This document shows, piece after piece, positions 18,163-28,494 of a DNA stretch of 64,000 bases. Made by a program: the position numbers and the translations under genes. Below the pieces are notes generated by a model. It did no database searches and was not told the DNA's origin. It was given only the letters and a program-made list of their open reading frames with translations. The stretch's first letter is position 1. The number at the start of each line of letters is the position of its first letter. The DNA comes from a virus. Location: positions 32,001 to 96,000 of IMG/VR virus record IMGVR_UViG_3300028045_001344, one strand, 5' to 3'.

Positions 18163-20727
18163 TTATCCCGTCCTCAAATTTAATTTCTTATCCATTACAT
18201 TAATTACTGCGCGGGCAAATTCTCTATCATTTAATATAAGTTGCACGGTTGTGGGACCAGCCTGTGTTTGGCTTGCTTGACGCGAACCTGCTTGAACGCC
18301 TTGTTTGATATTTTGTGCGGCGGCTTGCGCGGCTCCTGCTGGAAGTGGGGTGCTACTCGGGGCGAAGGTAGATGCTAATCCAGAAGTTGCCACAACTACC
18401 TCAAGGCCGGCTTTGTCCGCCGCATCAATCGCTGATTCCAAGCCCTCCATAGACGCAGTAAACGCCACTGATTTTTTAACACTTATGTCACTCAATGAAC
18501 TACCCAAGCTTGCTAGAGCTTGAAGGTCTTCGGTTTTTATCATAGCAAGAGCAGTTGCTAATGAACCTACACCCGCAGCTATTGAAACAAATCCAGCAGC
18601 AATCGCCGGGAGGACTAAAACGTTTGGTATGAGAAGGGAAAAAAGCGCGACTATTGGGGCAATAAGACTAGCTAGACCAAAAGCGGCAATTGCAATTCCT
18701 GCCCCAATCATAAGAAATGCGGCTCCCATACCCAACAAACCAGGAATAACAACTAATCCGGCAGTCACCATCAACTTAGCCATCAGTAGCATCACCCCCA
18801 TGAAGACTACAATAGCTGCTACAGCCCCCAGGATTTGGAATCCATTCAACCCCGCAAACGCAGCCACAAGTTGCGCGACCCCAAGAGCAGCCAAGCCAAT
18901 ACCTGCGCCAACCATTAATATAGCGAAACCCAATTTCATCAGAGAGTTTCCACCACTTTTTGCTGCGGCAGCAACGCGCCTGATGCCTTGGGCTAAATTC
19001 TTAGCCATGCTTTTGCCAACCTCGGCTATAGGTTTTTTCATAGCGTCAATGGGGTGGCGCATCATTGTTGCTGTACTTATGAATAATGCCCCAATTGCGA
19101 CAAATGCTTTTATTCCCACAACAAGAGCTGCCATCACCGAAATCACAATTCCTAAAACGTGAAACACTGTTTCATTCTCACTCACAAATTCGCTTATCCA
19201 ACTAAGGACTGATGATAATACGTCCACCACCGGACCCACCGATATAGCAAAAGCCATCATTATGTTTTTGAGTTTTTCAGTTACAGCTTGAGACTTCTCA
19301 ATCATCTCATTAAGGTTTTTTTGTTTCTCCATCACTTCTTGTGAATTATTTCCAAACATTTTTCCGGCTGTATCTAGATCGGAAATACCTGCGGCGGCAG
19401 CTATAGCTTTCTTTTCAAATTTATTCAAGCTTTCCCAACTTTTACCTGATTGGGTGACGGCATCTTGCATCATCTTAATTCGTTCATCATCGCTGGCTGT
19501 GAGCAGTTCCACACTATTCAATAACGGACCACCAAGAAGCGCATTAAGTTTTCCGGCTGCTTGAGCAGCACCCTCAAAAGTATCAAATTGCTCTGTAATT
19601 CCCAGAAGGGCTTGCATTTCAATTCCTGTAGACTTTGCTGTGATAGCAAGATTCTTAAATATCCTCTCACCGGCTGCTCCATAGGCAATTAGCTTGGGAG
19701 CCGCAGCAGCAAAATCCGATGCCATCTTTGCGGGTCCAACACCGATCCCACCAGCGAACTCAGCCAATTGTGTTTGTTGCTTCATCGCACCTTCAGCAGA
19801 AAAGCCCATATGTTTTGTAAGAAGCTCTAGGTTCTGTGCTGTCGTTTCTCCACCAATGCCGAGTTTTGTTAGTGCGGCTGTTCCTTGTGCAATCGTTGTG
19901 GCTGATGCTTTGCTTAAGTTACTAAAGCTGGACATATTTGCGTGGAGTGCTCCCATCGCTGCGCCAGCTTCACCAGCACCCACTCCCAAATGAGTCATAC
20001 CGCGACTCGCATCTGAAATAGCTTCATTATAATCACCAGCCGCGCCGGTCGCCGCATTAAAAGAAGTGGCGGCTTGATCATAAGAAAGGGCGGCTGCCAT
20101 GGTTGATTGAAAAACTTTAGCTGCTGTTCCTGCCAACAAGTTCATCGGCGCAAAAGTTTCTTTTATTTGTTTCTTAAACTTTTTCTGTGCCTCAACATTA
20201 TTAGCCAGTCCGTCCAATGTTTCTGACATTTTACCCATAAAGGTTTCTTGATATTTTGAAGCAAGACCTATGGATCTACCAAGGTTGATTGCGAGTCCTG
20301 ATGCTGATTCAAGTTGCGCGTTGTGTTTTCTAGATTCCTCAGTTACTTCTTCTTGCCAATTTTTTAGTGTCTCTATTAAAAGAATCTGTTCTTTAAGTTT
20401 TTCCTCCGCTACATCTCCATCGGCAATCATGGTTGCCAATTTCTCTTGCTGTAATCTTAATGTACTAGCAAGTAATTCCTCTTGGGCTTTTAAGCGTTCA
20501 GATGATTCGCCCGTTACTTTCTCAATTGCTTGAGTGATTTCCAGTTCTTTATATGCAATCTCAAGTCTCTTATCTGAAGATTCAAGTATAAAATCTAAAA
20601 ATTGTTTTTGTTCTCGCAGATTTGCGAGGTGTTCTTTGGAATTTTGTAGGCCTTTTTTCTCCATCTCCAATTGTTCTTTTTGGAGTTTATTGAGTCTTTC
20701 TTGCTCTGCTGGAGTGAGTTTAGCCAT
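18163..20727 (-). CDS. tail tape measure protein
   Basis: 854 aa, coiled-coil and Ala/Gly-rich with hydrophobic segments; downstream of tube and chaperone genes. Confidence 0.8.
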   Translation of the reverse strand: MAKLTPAEQERLNKLQKEQLEMEKKGLQNSKEHLANLREQKQFLDFILESSDKRLEIAYKELEITQAIEKVTGESSERLKAQEELLASTLRLQQEKLATMIADGDVAEEKLKEQILLIETLKNWQEEVTEESRKHNAQLESASGLAINLGRSIGLASKYQETFMGKMSETLDGLANNVEAQKKFKKQIKETFAPMNLLAGTAAKVFQSTMAAALSYDQAATSFNAATGAAGDYNEAISDASRGMTHLGVGAGEAGAAMGALHANMSSFSNLSKASATTIAQGTAALTKLGIGGETTAQNLELLTKHMGFSAEGAMKQQTQLAEFAGGIGVGPAKMASDFAAAAPKLIAYGAAGERIFKNLAITAKSTGIEMQALLGITEQFDTFEGAAQAAGKLNALLGGPLLNSVELLTASDDERIKMMQDAVTQSGKSWESLNKFEKKAIAAAAGISDLDTAGKMFGNNSQEVMEKQKNLNEMIEKSQAVTEKLKNIMMAFAISVGPVVDVLSSVLSWISEFVSENETVFHVLGIVISVMAALVVGIKAFVAIGALFISTATMMRHPIDAMKKPIAEVGKSMAKNLAQGIRRVAAAAKSGGNSLMKLGFAILMVGAGIGLAALGVAQLVAAFAGLNGFQILGAVAAIVVFMGVMLLMAKLMVTAGLVVIPGLLGMGAAFLMIGAGIAIAAFGLASLIAPIVALFSLLIPNVLVLPAIAAGFVSIAAGVGSLATALAMIKTEDLQALASLGSSLSDISVKKSVAFTASMEGLESAIDAADKAGLEVVVATSGLASTFAPSSTPLPAGAAQAAAQNIKQGVQAGSRQASQTQAGPTTVQLILNDREFARAVINVMDKKLNLRTG

Positions 20728-20750
20728 GGCTTTTAGTCTATTTAATTATC

Positions 20751-21089
20751 TTATTTAAAAGGCCATTTCAAGCCAGTCTTTCTAGTAAATGCGGTAGTGG
20801 CTTGTTTAAGTTTTGACTTGTCTCTATAGGTGCGAGGGTTGTCTAAACCATAAGTGCGAAGCGAATCTATATATCTCTTTTCGCGTCCAATTGCGGTGGT
20901 AAACGAACGAATATCGCTGGGCTTCCCCTTGAGTTGAACTGGCACAGAACTGCCACCAAACATAGCACCCAGTATAGATTCAACTCCAAAACCCAACATC
21001 CTCAACCAACTCTCGTCAAGCTTGTCTCCGTTGGTTAGGTCAATTATAATAGGAGAAATTTCTTCTTCTTTCAAGTCTTCCATGGACAT
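20751..21089 (-). CDS. hypothetical protein in tail module
   Basis: 112 aa ORF with SD (GAGGT) and an upstream ACTATTTA motif. Confidence 0.6.
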   Translation of the reverse strand: MSMEDLKEEEISPIIIDLTNGDKLDESWLRMLGFGVESILGAMFGGSSVPVQLKGKPSDIRSFTTAIGREKRYIDSLRTYGLDNPRTYRDKSKLKQATTAFTRKTGLKWPFK

Positions 21090-21152
21090 ACTACCTCATA
21101 TATAAATAGTAGTCCTATGAAATAAAAAGCCGGGTGCGCGGGGCTATAATTG

Positions 21153-21356
21153 CTAGCTCCGGGATTTGGATTTTCTCATTTCGGAGTCCATATGTTCTTT
21201 CTCGTCTTTTAGTTGCTTCGCCAAGCGATTTACAAACCATTCGCGTAATTGAATTGGGAGGCTGTATGCTTCGATAAAACTCCAACCACCGTGATACTTT
21301 AAGATGAAAAACTGTTCATAGGTATACTCAACGTATTCAGGCGTTAGGCCAAAAAA
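21153..21356 (-). CDS. frameshift extension of tail assembly chaperone (gp51-like segment)
   Basis: 68-codon frame with no ATG before its 60th codon, FFGLTPEYVEYTYEQFFILKYHGGWSFIEAYSLPIQLREWFVNRL..., entered at a T7 run overlapping the end of the upstream gene. Confidence 0.65.
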   Translation of the reverse strand, partial: FFGLTPEYVEYTYEQFFILKYHGGWSFIEAYSLPIQLREWFVNRLAKQLKDEKEHMDSEMRKSKSRS

Positions 21357-22179
21357 AGTTGGCAGAAAAGGGTATGTTTATCTGTGTGTCCGCGTCACAA
21401 CTCTCACACGAATAATCGTGGCTCAAATCAACGTTGGGCGAAGCCTTTTCATAGATTGATTTAAGATGAGTTGCATCGCGGGCAGGCATAAGATCAACGA
21501 ACTTTTCTACCAACCCCCTATCCGTTTCCCCATTGATGGAGACAATAAATAACTTATACTGATCTGTCAGATTTGTTTCTGGAAGATTATGTTTTTTTCT
21601 TTTCTCAGATTGATTGAACATTTTCTTTTCGTCGCCGCCTGTCAGGAGACGACACTCAACCGTAACATTAGTTACAGGCAATTCAATCTTAAAAGTTCCA
21701 CCAATAGAAATACTAGCTTCGTTTTCAAAATCTCCACACTCTACTTCTTCTAAGTTGAATGAATGATCAGAGGCGTTACCACATGCTGGGCATGTTACCT
21801 TTGTTTTATAGTCGGGTCCAAAACCATTTATTCTAGCCGCAATAAGTATTGCGTTTTTGTCACCTGAATATAAGTCATCAACTTTTACATCTTTATCAAC
21901 TATAATATTCTGAAGCATCCGATCAACGGCAACTCCTTTCTTTAATAGTGATTTTGATGTAAGAATATCTGTATCCTTGGCAGTCATATAACGAATCTCA
22001 AGGGACTCCTTACCGTGCAAGGGATGATCTTCAGCGTAAAACCGACCCTTTGTTGGTAAATCAACAAATTCCGTTGGTAATACAAAATCTAAAATTGAAC
22101 TTTTTTCTGTTATGGGTGGCGCTTCTGCGCCGGTTTGATCTTTAGCCCCGAGTCGATCCTCGTTTCTTGGCATATACAC
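21337..22179 (-). CDS. baseplate hub assembly / tail assembly chaperone (gp26-like)
   Basis: LPTKGRFY, IRYMTAKDTDIL, CPAC and CESC zinc motifs, ends FFWP; follows the tail tube gene. Confidence 0.75.
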   Translation of the reverse strand: MYMPRNEDRLGAKDQTGAEAPPITEKSSILDFVLPTEFVDLPTKGRFYAEDHPLHGKESLEIRYMTAKDTDILTSKSLLKKGVAVDRMLQNIIVDKDVKVDDLYSGDKNAILIAARINGFGPDYKTKVTCPACGNASDHSFNLEEVECGDFENEASISIGGTFKIELPVTNVTVECRLLTGGDEKKMFNQSEKRKKHNLPETNLTDQYKLFIVSINGETDRGLVEKFVDLMPARDATHLKSIYEKASPNVDLSHDYSCESCDADTQINIPFSANFFWPNA

Positions 22180-22198
22180 CTCTTTGTTATGTTATAAA

Positions 22199-22756
22199 TT
22201 AATTTGCGCCTTGCGCGTTAGATGGGAGCTTACCAGCGCCCTCATAGACATTGATATAAGCATTGTCGTATTTGACGGTAATGTCAACATTTTGCATTTC
22301 CTCGCTACCATAGTCGAGGTCGCCGAACTTGACATCCTTAATCCAAGCATTGTTGAGAACCCAATCTTCAACAACCGTTCCATCGGAATTTAGTTGATGA
22401 ATTGTAATTGTACCAAGGGCATTGACTGATTTAGCCTTAGAGACTGTAGCAAGTACACCATCGTTTACCGGCATTTCATATCCAGATGCTTGAAGCATTT
22501 TCATCACTGCTTGTGCTCCATTCGCCGTAGCAGAAATAACATCCACCACCGTAAAGGAAACCTCGTTCCATTGTACTCGACCGGGATAATAAAACGTATG
22601 ATTCAAATACTTGTGTTCGCTCTCTGTAATTGAAAATGAAGGTTTATTCACTTTTGAGATCAAGAAGGTAGGAATTACATTGTCCTGTCCTGCCACTGTT
22701 AAAAGGAACCTATACGATCTTTTAGGTTCCAGTTCTGGGTTTTGCCAAAATGCCAT
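22199..22756 (-). CDS. tail tube protein (gp19-like)
   Basis: EPKRSYRF, KPSF, YYPGRVQW, WVLNNAW...FGDLDY...ITVKYD. Confidence 0.88.
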   Translation of the reverse strand: MAFWQNPELEPKRSYRFLLTVAGQDNVIPTFLISKVNKPSFSITESEHKYLNHTFYYPGRVQWNEVSFTVVDVISATANGAQAVMKMLQASGYEMPVNDGVLATVSKAKSVNALGTITIHQLNSDGTVVEDWVLNNAWIKDVKFGDLDYGSEEMQNVDITVKYDNAYINVYEGAGKLPSNAQGAN

Positions 22757-22796
22757 TTATTATTTTCTCCTATCCTAATTAGTATCTAATCTGGGA

Positions 22797-25256
22797 TTAG
22801 TCTTCAAAAGATGCTCCTGTGCTTGTAATTACAAAATCAATTGCGATGAATTCAATGGCTCGTGCGGGCTTGAGAAAAATCTTCGCATACATGATGTTTC
22901 TATCAATCAGGTCTGGTGTTGTCGTTGATTCATCTAGAACCACACGATAATCTGTCAAGCCCTGTCCCGCAACAATGCCATTGAGAAATGGCACCACTTG
23001 ACCCGTAAATCGATCCCAAGTTGTTTGAGTGTTTTGGTCAAACAATAGCCGTGAAGCGATTCGTGAAACGTTCTTCTTGATGTGTAGCATCAACCTACGC
23101 ACATTCACCCGATCCAAAGCAGATTGTGTGGTCTGTAGGGTCTTTTGACCAAACACCACAATCCCTTCAGAGGGGAACGAAGCAATAGGATTAATATTTA
23201 CTTCATAAAGGTTGTCTCGATCTTTAGACGTAAGCTTTTGTTTTACATTTACAACCGGGATTCCCGCAGAGCCCTCAGTTAAGCCGCCCCTTGTAAATCC
23301 TGCTGGCGCAAACCAAACTTCAGACTTTCGTTGTGCGCTTGAAAAGGTTCCTAATGCTGCCACAGAGGGTGGGCACCAAAAAGTTTGACCATTCTCGGTA
23401 TCTCTGGCTTGAACCCAGGGATAATAAGTACAACCGTAACTCGAATTCAATCCTCGTTCTTCCAGCGAAGTAATTGCGCTACTTATATTACCGCCGCGAT
23501 CCTGTGCCGTTGCGTCGTCTTCCGCTGTTGGAGTATATCCAAAAGGAATGTCAATGACACCCAATGTATCCGCACGGTCTTCACAAGTTTTAATCAAGTG
23601 GTCAGTTAAGCCAATATTGATTAAGCCGGGTGCGGACATTAGGTTGCACTCTACAACTTCAGGGTCCGCACATGTGTCAATCGCAATCTTCATTGAATTG
23701 AAAGTGTAGCTTCCGACTTCAGTAGCGTTGGCACCGGAAGATCCATTCGCTCCCCAAATAGTGTTTCGGAAAGGGTCAGCTTCAGTAATGTCTAGTCCAT
23801 CGTTTCCGCCGATTAGGGGAAGTGTAAAGGAATCAAAACCTGCTTGAAGAACTGAATTCCATGTATTAGTTCCAGTAATTGCTAAAGAGTTACCGACCCC
23901 ACGAGAGCCGCTATAATAATAGACATCAGTCGATGATGTCATTCCTGCGGCTGGTGTCAGTGTTGAACTTGCCGCAGCCGAACCAGTATATCGCGTCAAA
24001 TCTTCCAGCGTAAAGTGGAAGGCATATTCTTGAGCCTCGTTGGAAGCCGGGTCGCCAGTAGAATCAAGTTGATATGGTCCAATGCCAAGGACTAAATCCT
24101 TGTAAGATGGCTCAAATCGTGTGCTTGTTCCCAGTGTGGTATCAATTCCAAAAAATGCATCCTTCGGGCTTGATAGGTTTCCTTCAACCGAACTGGCTCG
24201 CATAGGAAATTTAGGAAATTCAAAACTGGCTGAAGGAATCCCAAATGTATTGACTTGTTCGGTGGCGGAGGCAAGAGACTCGCCGCCGAGAATGCTGCTG
24301 CCGTCTACAAATACATTTGTGTTGAAGGTGTCTGAACCTGTGTTGCAAATGGTTCCTCCGGTAAAAGCGCCGATTGTGCCTGAAACGATTGTAAATCCTT
24401 TCCATCTCACCGGACCTTCAAAACCAAATGGAAGGTAGGCTTCATTAGTTGCCGCATTTTCAACATCGCTATTCATCACCATATAGATGTATTTAGACAT
24501 ATTGGGATAATTTCCGTATTCTCGATATCGTCGGTCAGTATAACTCCAATCAACATACATATCACCAATTTGTTTAGCGACATAGTTTGGAGAAGCCGGA
24601 TTTAGATCGCAGTTGGCATATGATTCCACAACCTGCTTGGCATTATCACTATCCGCTGCCATTCTAATTTGAACCGTAAAAGTTCCATAAGGGACCAAGG
24701 GGTCTGATGAAGATTTCACATCGGTAATTGAAATCTTAAAGTTCTTTTGTTCCCATTCGCCAGCGTCCAATGTTCTAAATTGAAAAAGGTTTTGAACGTT
24801 GAAGCTTCCCGAAAGACCACCGAGGTCTTGTGAGAAAACCCAAGGTGAGTTTGCTTTAGTAGCTTCTCGTCTTTGATCGTTTTGCTGATCACCATAAGAT
24901 GAGCCTGAAACCAAAGGCAACAACACGCCAATTGGATTATCTCCTATGCTCTCCTCTCTTACAGTCCTCTCGTAAGTCTCTCCAAGCCAGTAAGTCTTGG
25001 TGGTTTCGTTTATATCTCCGTTGGTCAGCGTAGGATTGGTATTGAAAACCTTTCTAATATAATTTTTAGAAGTGGTGGAAAAGTTGAAAGATAATGTCTC
25101 GGTCGTTGTTCCCGCAGCATTTGCCACTTCCATTTGCCATCCACCGTTCGCCCCTTGGACAAAACCGCAGGTTCCCGAAATCTGGATAGCAGCATCGGCA
25201 GGACTCGTTCCTTTGAGTCTCAAGGAGCCCGTTTCTGCGTAGAAGATCGCACCCAA
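22797..25256 (-). CDS. tail sheath protein (gp18-like), C-terminal portion
   Basis: YYPWV, WFAPAGFTRG, LYEVNINPI, GQKTLQ, LDRVNVRRL, KPARAIEFI. Confidence 0.93.
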   Translation of the reverse strand: MGAIFYAETGSLRLKGTSPADAAIQISGTCGFVQGANGGWQMEVANAAGTTTETLSFNFSTTSKNYIRKVFNTNPTLTNGDINETTKTYWLGETYERTVREESIGDNPIGVLLPLVSGSSYGDQQNDQRREATKANSPWVFSQDLGGLSGSFNVQNLFQFRTLDAGEWEQKNFKISITDVKSSSDPLVPYGTFTVQIRMAADSDNAKQVVESYANCDLNPASPNYVAKQIGDMYVDWSYTDRRYREYGNYPNMSKYIYMVMNSDVENAATNEAYLPFGFEGPVRWKGFTIVSGTIGAFTGGTICNTGSDTFNTNVFVDGSSILGGESLASATEQVNTFGIPSASFEFPKFPMRASSVEGNLSSPKDAFFGIDTTLGTSTRFEPSYKDLVLGIGPYQLDSTGDPASNEAQEYAFHFTLEDLTRYTGSAAASSTLTPAAGMTSSTDVYYYSGSRGVGNSLAITGTNTWNSVLQAGFDSFTLPLIGGNDGLDITEADPFRNTIWGANGSSGANATEVGSYTFNSMKIAIDTCADPEVVECNLMSAPGLINIGLTDHLIKTCEDRADTLGVIDIPFGYTPTAEDDATAQDRGGNISSAITSLEERGLNSSYGCTYYPWVQARDTENGQTFWCPPSVAALGTFSSAQRKSEVWFAPAGFTRGGLTEGSAGIPVVNVKQKLTSKDRDNLYEVNINPIASFPSEGIVVFGQKTLQTTQSALDRVNVRRLMLHIKKNVSRIASRLLFDQNTQTTWDRFTGQVVPFLNGIVAGQGLTDYRVVLDESTTTPDLIDRNIMYAKIFLKPARAIEFIAIDFVITSTGASFED

Positions 25257-25717
25257 TGATCCTGTATAAGCGAGCCAGTAGCACCGGCACCATCTGGGTC
25301 AGCCACCAAAAAAAGACCCCAAGCACCACCAGTACGGCCGTTACTAATTTCTCCGGCTTTCCATCCGGCAAATCCAGTTGCCGTTGCGTCAGGATGCTCT
25401 TTGCCTAAAAGACGCACAAACGTAACAGGAGAACTATTGCGTAAAAATGCTTGAGTCGCGTAAGCTCCATATGTGGGAGCCAAGCCAGAACCACCGTTTC
25501 GCCAAACGTCAGTACCATCGCCACCCGGCCTTGGGTTTCCAAAAATTTCTACAAATTCAGAAAATGAATCTACTTGAACCGGACGAAGCCCTGGTCCTCT
25601 TTGTGCTCGACCAATGACAACAGGTCCAATTGGTCCGGGTAGTTCAGGAAGTTGCGAATTATCTATCTCCGCCATTTGTACTCCGGGGCTTACAAATTTA
25701 AATTTATTTACTGGCAT
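25220..25717 (-). CDS. tail sheath protein, N-terminal portion (frame break near 25265)
   Basis: FVSPGVQMAEID...GRAQRGP...FVEIFG is the canonical sheath N-terminus; AAGGAG SD. Confidence 0.85.
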   Translation of the reverse strand: MPVNKFKFVSPGVQMAEIDNSQLPELPGPIGPVVIGRAQRGPGLRPVQVDSFSEFVEIFGNPRPGGDGTDVWRNGGSGLAPTYGAYATQAFLRNSSPVTFVRLLGKEHPDATATGFAGWKAGEISNGRTGGAWGLFLVADPDGAGATGSLIQDHWVRSSTQKRAP

Positions 25718-25802
25718 TTATATATTTCTCCTTAAGAAAGCTCAATCTTATTACAAGTCTCTAATAAATAGTATGCAGGGACACCAAATGCAAAAGGAAT
25801 TA

Positions 25803-26681
25803 CTATGGACGATATTTTCCTGGTTGTCCTTCTATCGGACGATAGTGAGGTTTATCCCCAAAGATCGTTCTTTCGCGTGGCGTTCGCAACTCAACCGCAT
25901 TCTGACGAATAACTTTAGAAGGTTGCGGATCATTTTTGCCCTGCCCTATTAGATAACCAAGAGCTTGAATCTGAATGGTGGTGGCAAAGTTGCGACGGTC
26001 ATCGCCCATATCACTCACATTATTTTGCTGACCGAAGTCTTGCTGAATAAAACACTCATACCGATGTTCACCACGATGGGCAAAAAACTGATTCACTCCG
26101 TAAGTCTTTGTAACAAATGGTTGTAACAATTCATTCATCTGTTGTTGATACTCTGTCTGAATAGTGATGGCATAAGTAATATCTACATACACAGGCATTG
26201 GCACCGATATCTGTTCATAAACTATTTTTTTATTTTTATTTTTACTGGGGAAATTTATTTGTCCCCCGCTGGGCTTTACTACGCCACCCACACCATATTG
26301 TCGTGCGCTATCGGCGTTAAGAAAATTAGCCGTTTTATTGGGCTGAATGGTGCGGGCGATTGTAATGGAGCCACCCTTATAATCCTTGACTGGTGGTATG
26401 TTACCATAATAAGAACCTTTTTTATTCAAATCTTTATTTACCGCTGTTCGTTCAATCGTAATAACGGGGTAATTAACAATACCAGATCGGGTTCGTATTT
26501 GATTGGACCGCTGTCCTGATCGTTCCCCCGCAACCCAGATACACGAAACCTTTTGCCAGCCTTCGTTGGTGGAGCAAAATAGATCCATAGTTTCATTAAG
26601 CCAGTCGTAAAGGGCAAAATCTATAGTTTCAAAAGTTGAAGCCTTGTAGGGCAGCAACGGGTTTAGAGTTTCTATAGTCAT
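25803..26681 (-). CDS. tail terminator / sheath stabiliser (gp15-like)
   Basis: PVYVDITYAITIQTEYQQQMNELLQ pattern; lies between neck and sheath genes. Confidence 0.65.
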   Translation of the reverse strand: MTIETLNPLLPYKASTFETIDFALYDWLNETMDLFCSTNEGWQKVSCIWVAGERSGQRSNQIRTRSGIVNYPVITIERTAVNKDLNKKGSYYGNIPPVKDYKGGSITIARTIQPNKTANFLNADSARQYGVGGVVKPSGGQINFPSKNKNKKIVYEQISVPMPVYVDITYAITIQTEYQQQMNELLQPFVTKTYGVNQFFAHRGEHRYECFIQQDFGQQNNVSDMGDDRRNFATTIQIQALGYLIGQGKNDPQPSKVIRQNAVELRTPRERTIFGDKPHYRPIEGQPGKYRP

Positions 26682-27175
26682 TATTCAGTATTAAAAACTC
26701 CTGATCGTGCTTGAATACACTTGGCTGCTACTTCCATCTTATATGGTATTTGGCCGAAGATGGCTCTTGGTTGAGCGATGTTAACAATCTCATAAAGAAT
26801 TTGTCCGTAAAGCACAAAGTCGCCCTCTTGAACATTTACATCTTGATCCTCCGTCAATCTTCGTTTATGGAAATGAATAGTTATGCTAGAGGTTCTGTCG
26901 ATACCATCTTTGAGAGTGGTTGTTTCAGAGCCCTCCCAGTCAATCAATGCCATAACTCTAATGGGAGGAAGGAAAGTCTTTTTAATTGCTTCCTCGTATA
27001 AGGGGTGAAAGTTTGTATGCTCCATGCTGATAGGATAATAGATTATAGTTTGACCAATGACCCGTTCAATGAGTTCATCGTTGACTTGCTTAACTAAATC
27101 TCTTTCAGGTCGTCCAAGAAACAGTGGTGGTGGTGGCGCATCGGGGCGTGACCATTTGTTGTTTTCATCAGCCAT
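26681..27175 (-). CDS. neck / head closure protein (gp14-like)
   Basis: Position after the gp13-like gene; HPLYEE and EGDFVLYG motifs. Confidence 0.6.
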   Translation of the reverse strand: MADENNKWSRPDAPPPPLFLGRPERDLVKQVNDELIERVIGQTIIYYPISMEHTNFHPLYEEAIKKTFLPPIRVMALIDWEGSETTTLKDGIDRTSSITIHFHKRRLTEDQDVNVQEGDFVLYGQILYEIVNIAQPRAIFGQIPYKMEVAAKCIQARSGVFNTE

Positions 27176-27179
27176 TTAT

Positions 27180-28415
27180 CTATCCTGTATAAATCCCCAT
27201 TGGGACATGCGTCATTACTGCTTCTGCGTCCGCTGCCATTTCAGCATCGCCTTTGATCAAGGCACCATAAGTCAATTTTTCTAGTTGAGCTTTTAGTTCT
27301 TCTTTGAGTTTTTCTTGTTCCTCTTTTGCCTGAGATAAAAGATCAGAGGCATTTAGGGTTATATCGTTGCCTGGAATTGGAATGGTTGCAAATTTACCTC
27401 TTATCTGGCCGAGCATTTCTTTAGATATAGCAAGGGCATATTTTCTAATCCATTGTTTACCTATACTATTGATATTATTGTAAGGCAAGTTGGCAAACGG
27501 AAGTGTGTTCATGTTATTGATGCCGTCCACACCAACTTGAGCTGCGGGGTCTTGCGTCCAAGTATCTTGCGGGATACTAAAGTTAAACCACATTCGTCGC
27601 GGATAGCTTACGCAAGGAGGTGGATATATTTTTAAATAATTATCTCGTATTTCATAAGAATAGTGACTTCCGCGTGTATAAAGATTTGTTTCAAATTGTT
27701 GTGCTTGTAATTTGTTCTGCCACGCAGGAACGATTTCAAAAGTGGAGTCGTCGGCATACATTCCATAAGAACTTAGGTTTCCATAAACACCACCACCAAC
27801 ATTCATGTATCCAAAGAATCGCCACATAGCGGCGGGGGATTTATAATAAACTCGTTCAATTCTTACTTTCTTGTTTTGAACCAAGTCTTCCCACACACTC
27901 CCCGACTGTGATGCTGAAACGATTGACTGAAGGTTGTAATCCTGAACTCCACCCGTCAGCGCAAATGATGCTGAATACATACGAACATTATCGCCAAAAC
28001 CCGCAGATTGGGCTAAACCACTTCCGATACGTTCCGAATAGGCAAAGTCAAATGTAGGAAATTTTAAAGCGACAGACGAACCACTAAGGCTGGATGAGAG
28101 TGGGCCTGCTTTCATTTCTCCGTCTTGATCAAAGGTTCCCGTTGTCGCACCGAGAAAATCAGATAAAACATTCTCAGCTTGATGGGAATTGATGATTGAA
28201 GAATATTCTAAGACTCCCAATTCGTATGAAGTATATACGTTCCCCTCCATAAGTTCAATATCAAGAACATCGCCGCCTAACATTTTATATGTAAATGCAA
28301 CCTGATCAACAGCCCCCGAAATAAAATCATCATTATCTAAATATACTCCATAAGGTAAATTCGCGCTTGTCACATTCGCCGCATTACCAGTAACCGGCAA
28401 GATAACCTTGCTCAT
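27180..28415 (-). CDS. neck protein / head-tail adaptor (gp13-like); true start probably 28447 across a 1-nt frame break
   Basis: LGGDVLDIEL, WIRKYALAISKEMLGQIRGKF, ITLNASDLLSQAKEE; directly follows the MCP gene. Confidence 0.8.
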   Translation of the reverse strand: MSKVILPVTGNAANVTSANLPYGVYLDNDDFISGAVDQVAFTYKMLGGDVLDIELMEGNVYTSYELGVLEYSSIINSHQAENVLSDFLGATTGTFDQDGEMKAGPLSSSLSGSSVALKFPTFDFAYSERIGSGLAQSAGFGDNVRMYSASFALTGGVQDYNLQSIVSASQSGSVWEDLVQNKKVRIERVYYKSPAAMWRFFGYMNVGGGVYGNLSSYGMYADDSTFEIVPAWQNKLQAQQFETNLYTRGSHYSYEIRDNYLKIYPPPCVSYPRRMWFNFSIPQDTWTQDPAAQVGVDGINNMNTLPFANLPYNNINSIGKQWIRKYALAISKEMLGQIRGKFATIPIPGNDITLNASDLLSQAKEEQEKLKEELKAQLEKLTYGALIKGDAEMAADAEAVMTHVPMGIYTG

Positions 28416-28494
28416 TTGACTTTAGGTGTTAGTATTGGAAGCGCCATAAACTATATATCTCCTGTATCTAAATAGTAATTTGTTAATAGAAAAC

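Noticed and set aside
21121-21165. Terminator after the chaperone extension
   Set aside because: A GC-rich stretch and U-tract are present, but the stem pairs poorly, so it was not called.
25066-25371. 101 aa ORF bridging the sheath break via the T7 run
   Set aside because: It is in the third frame, is not sheath-like and does not reconnect to the C-terminal sheath frame.
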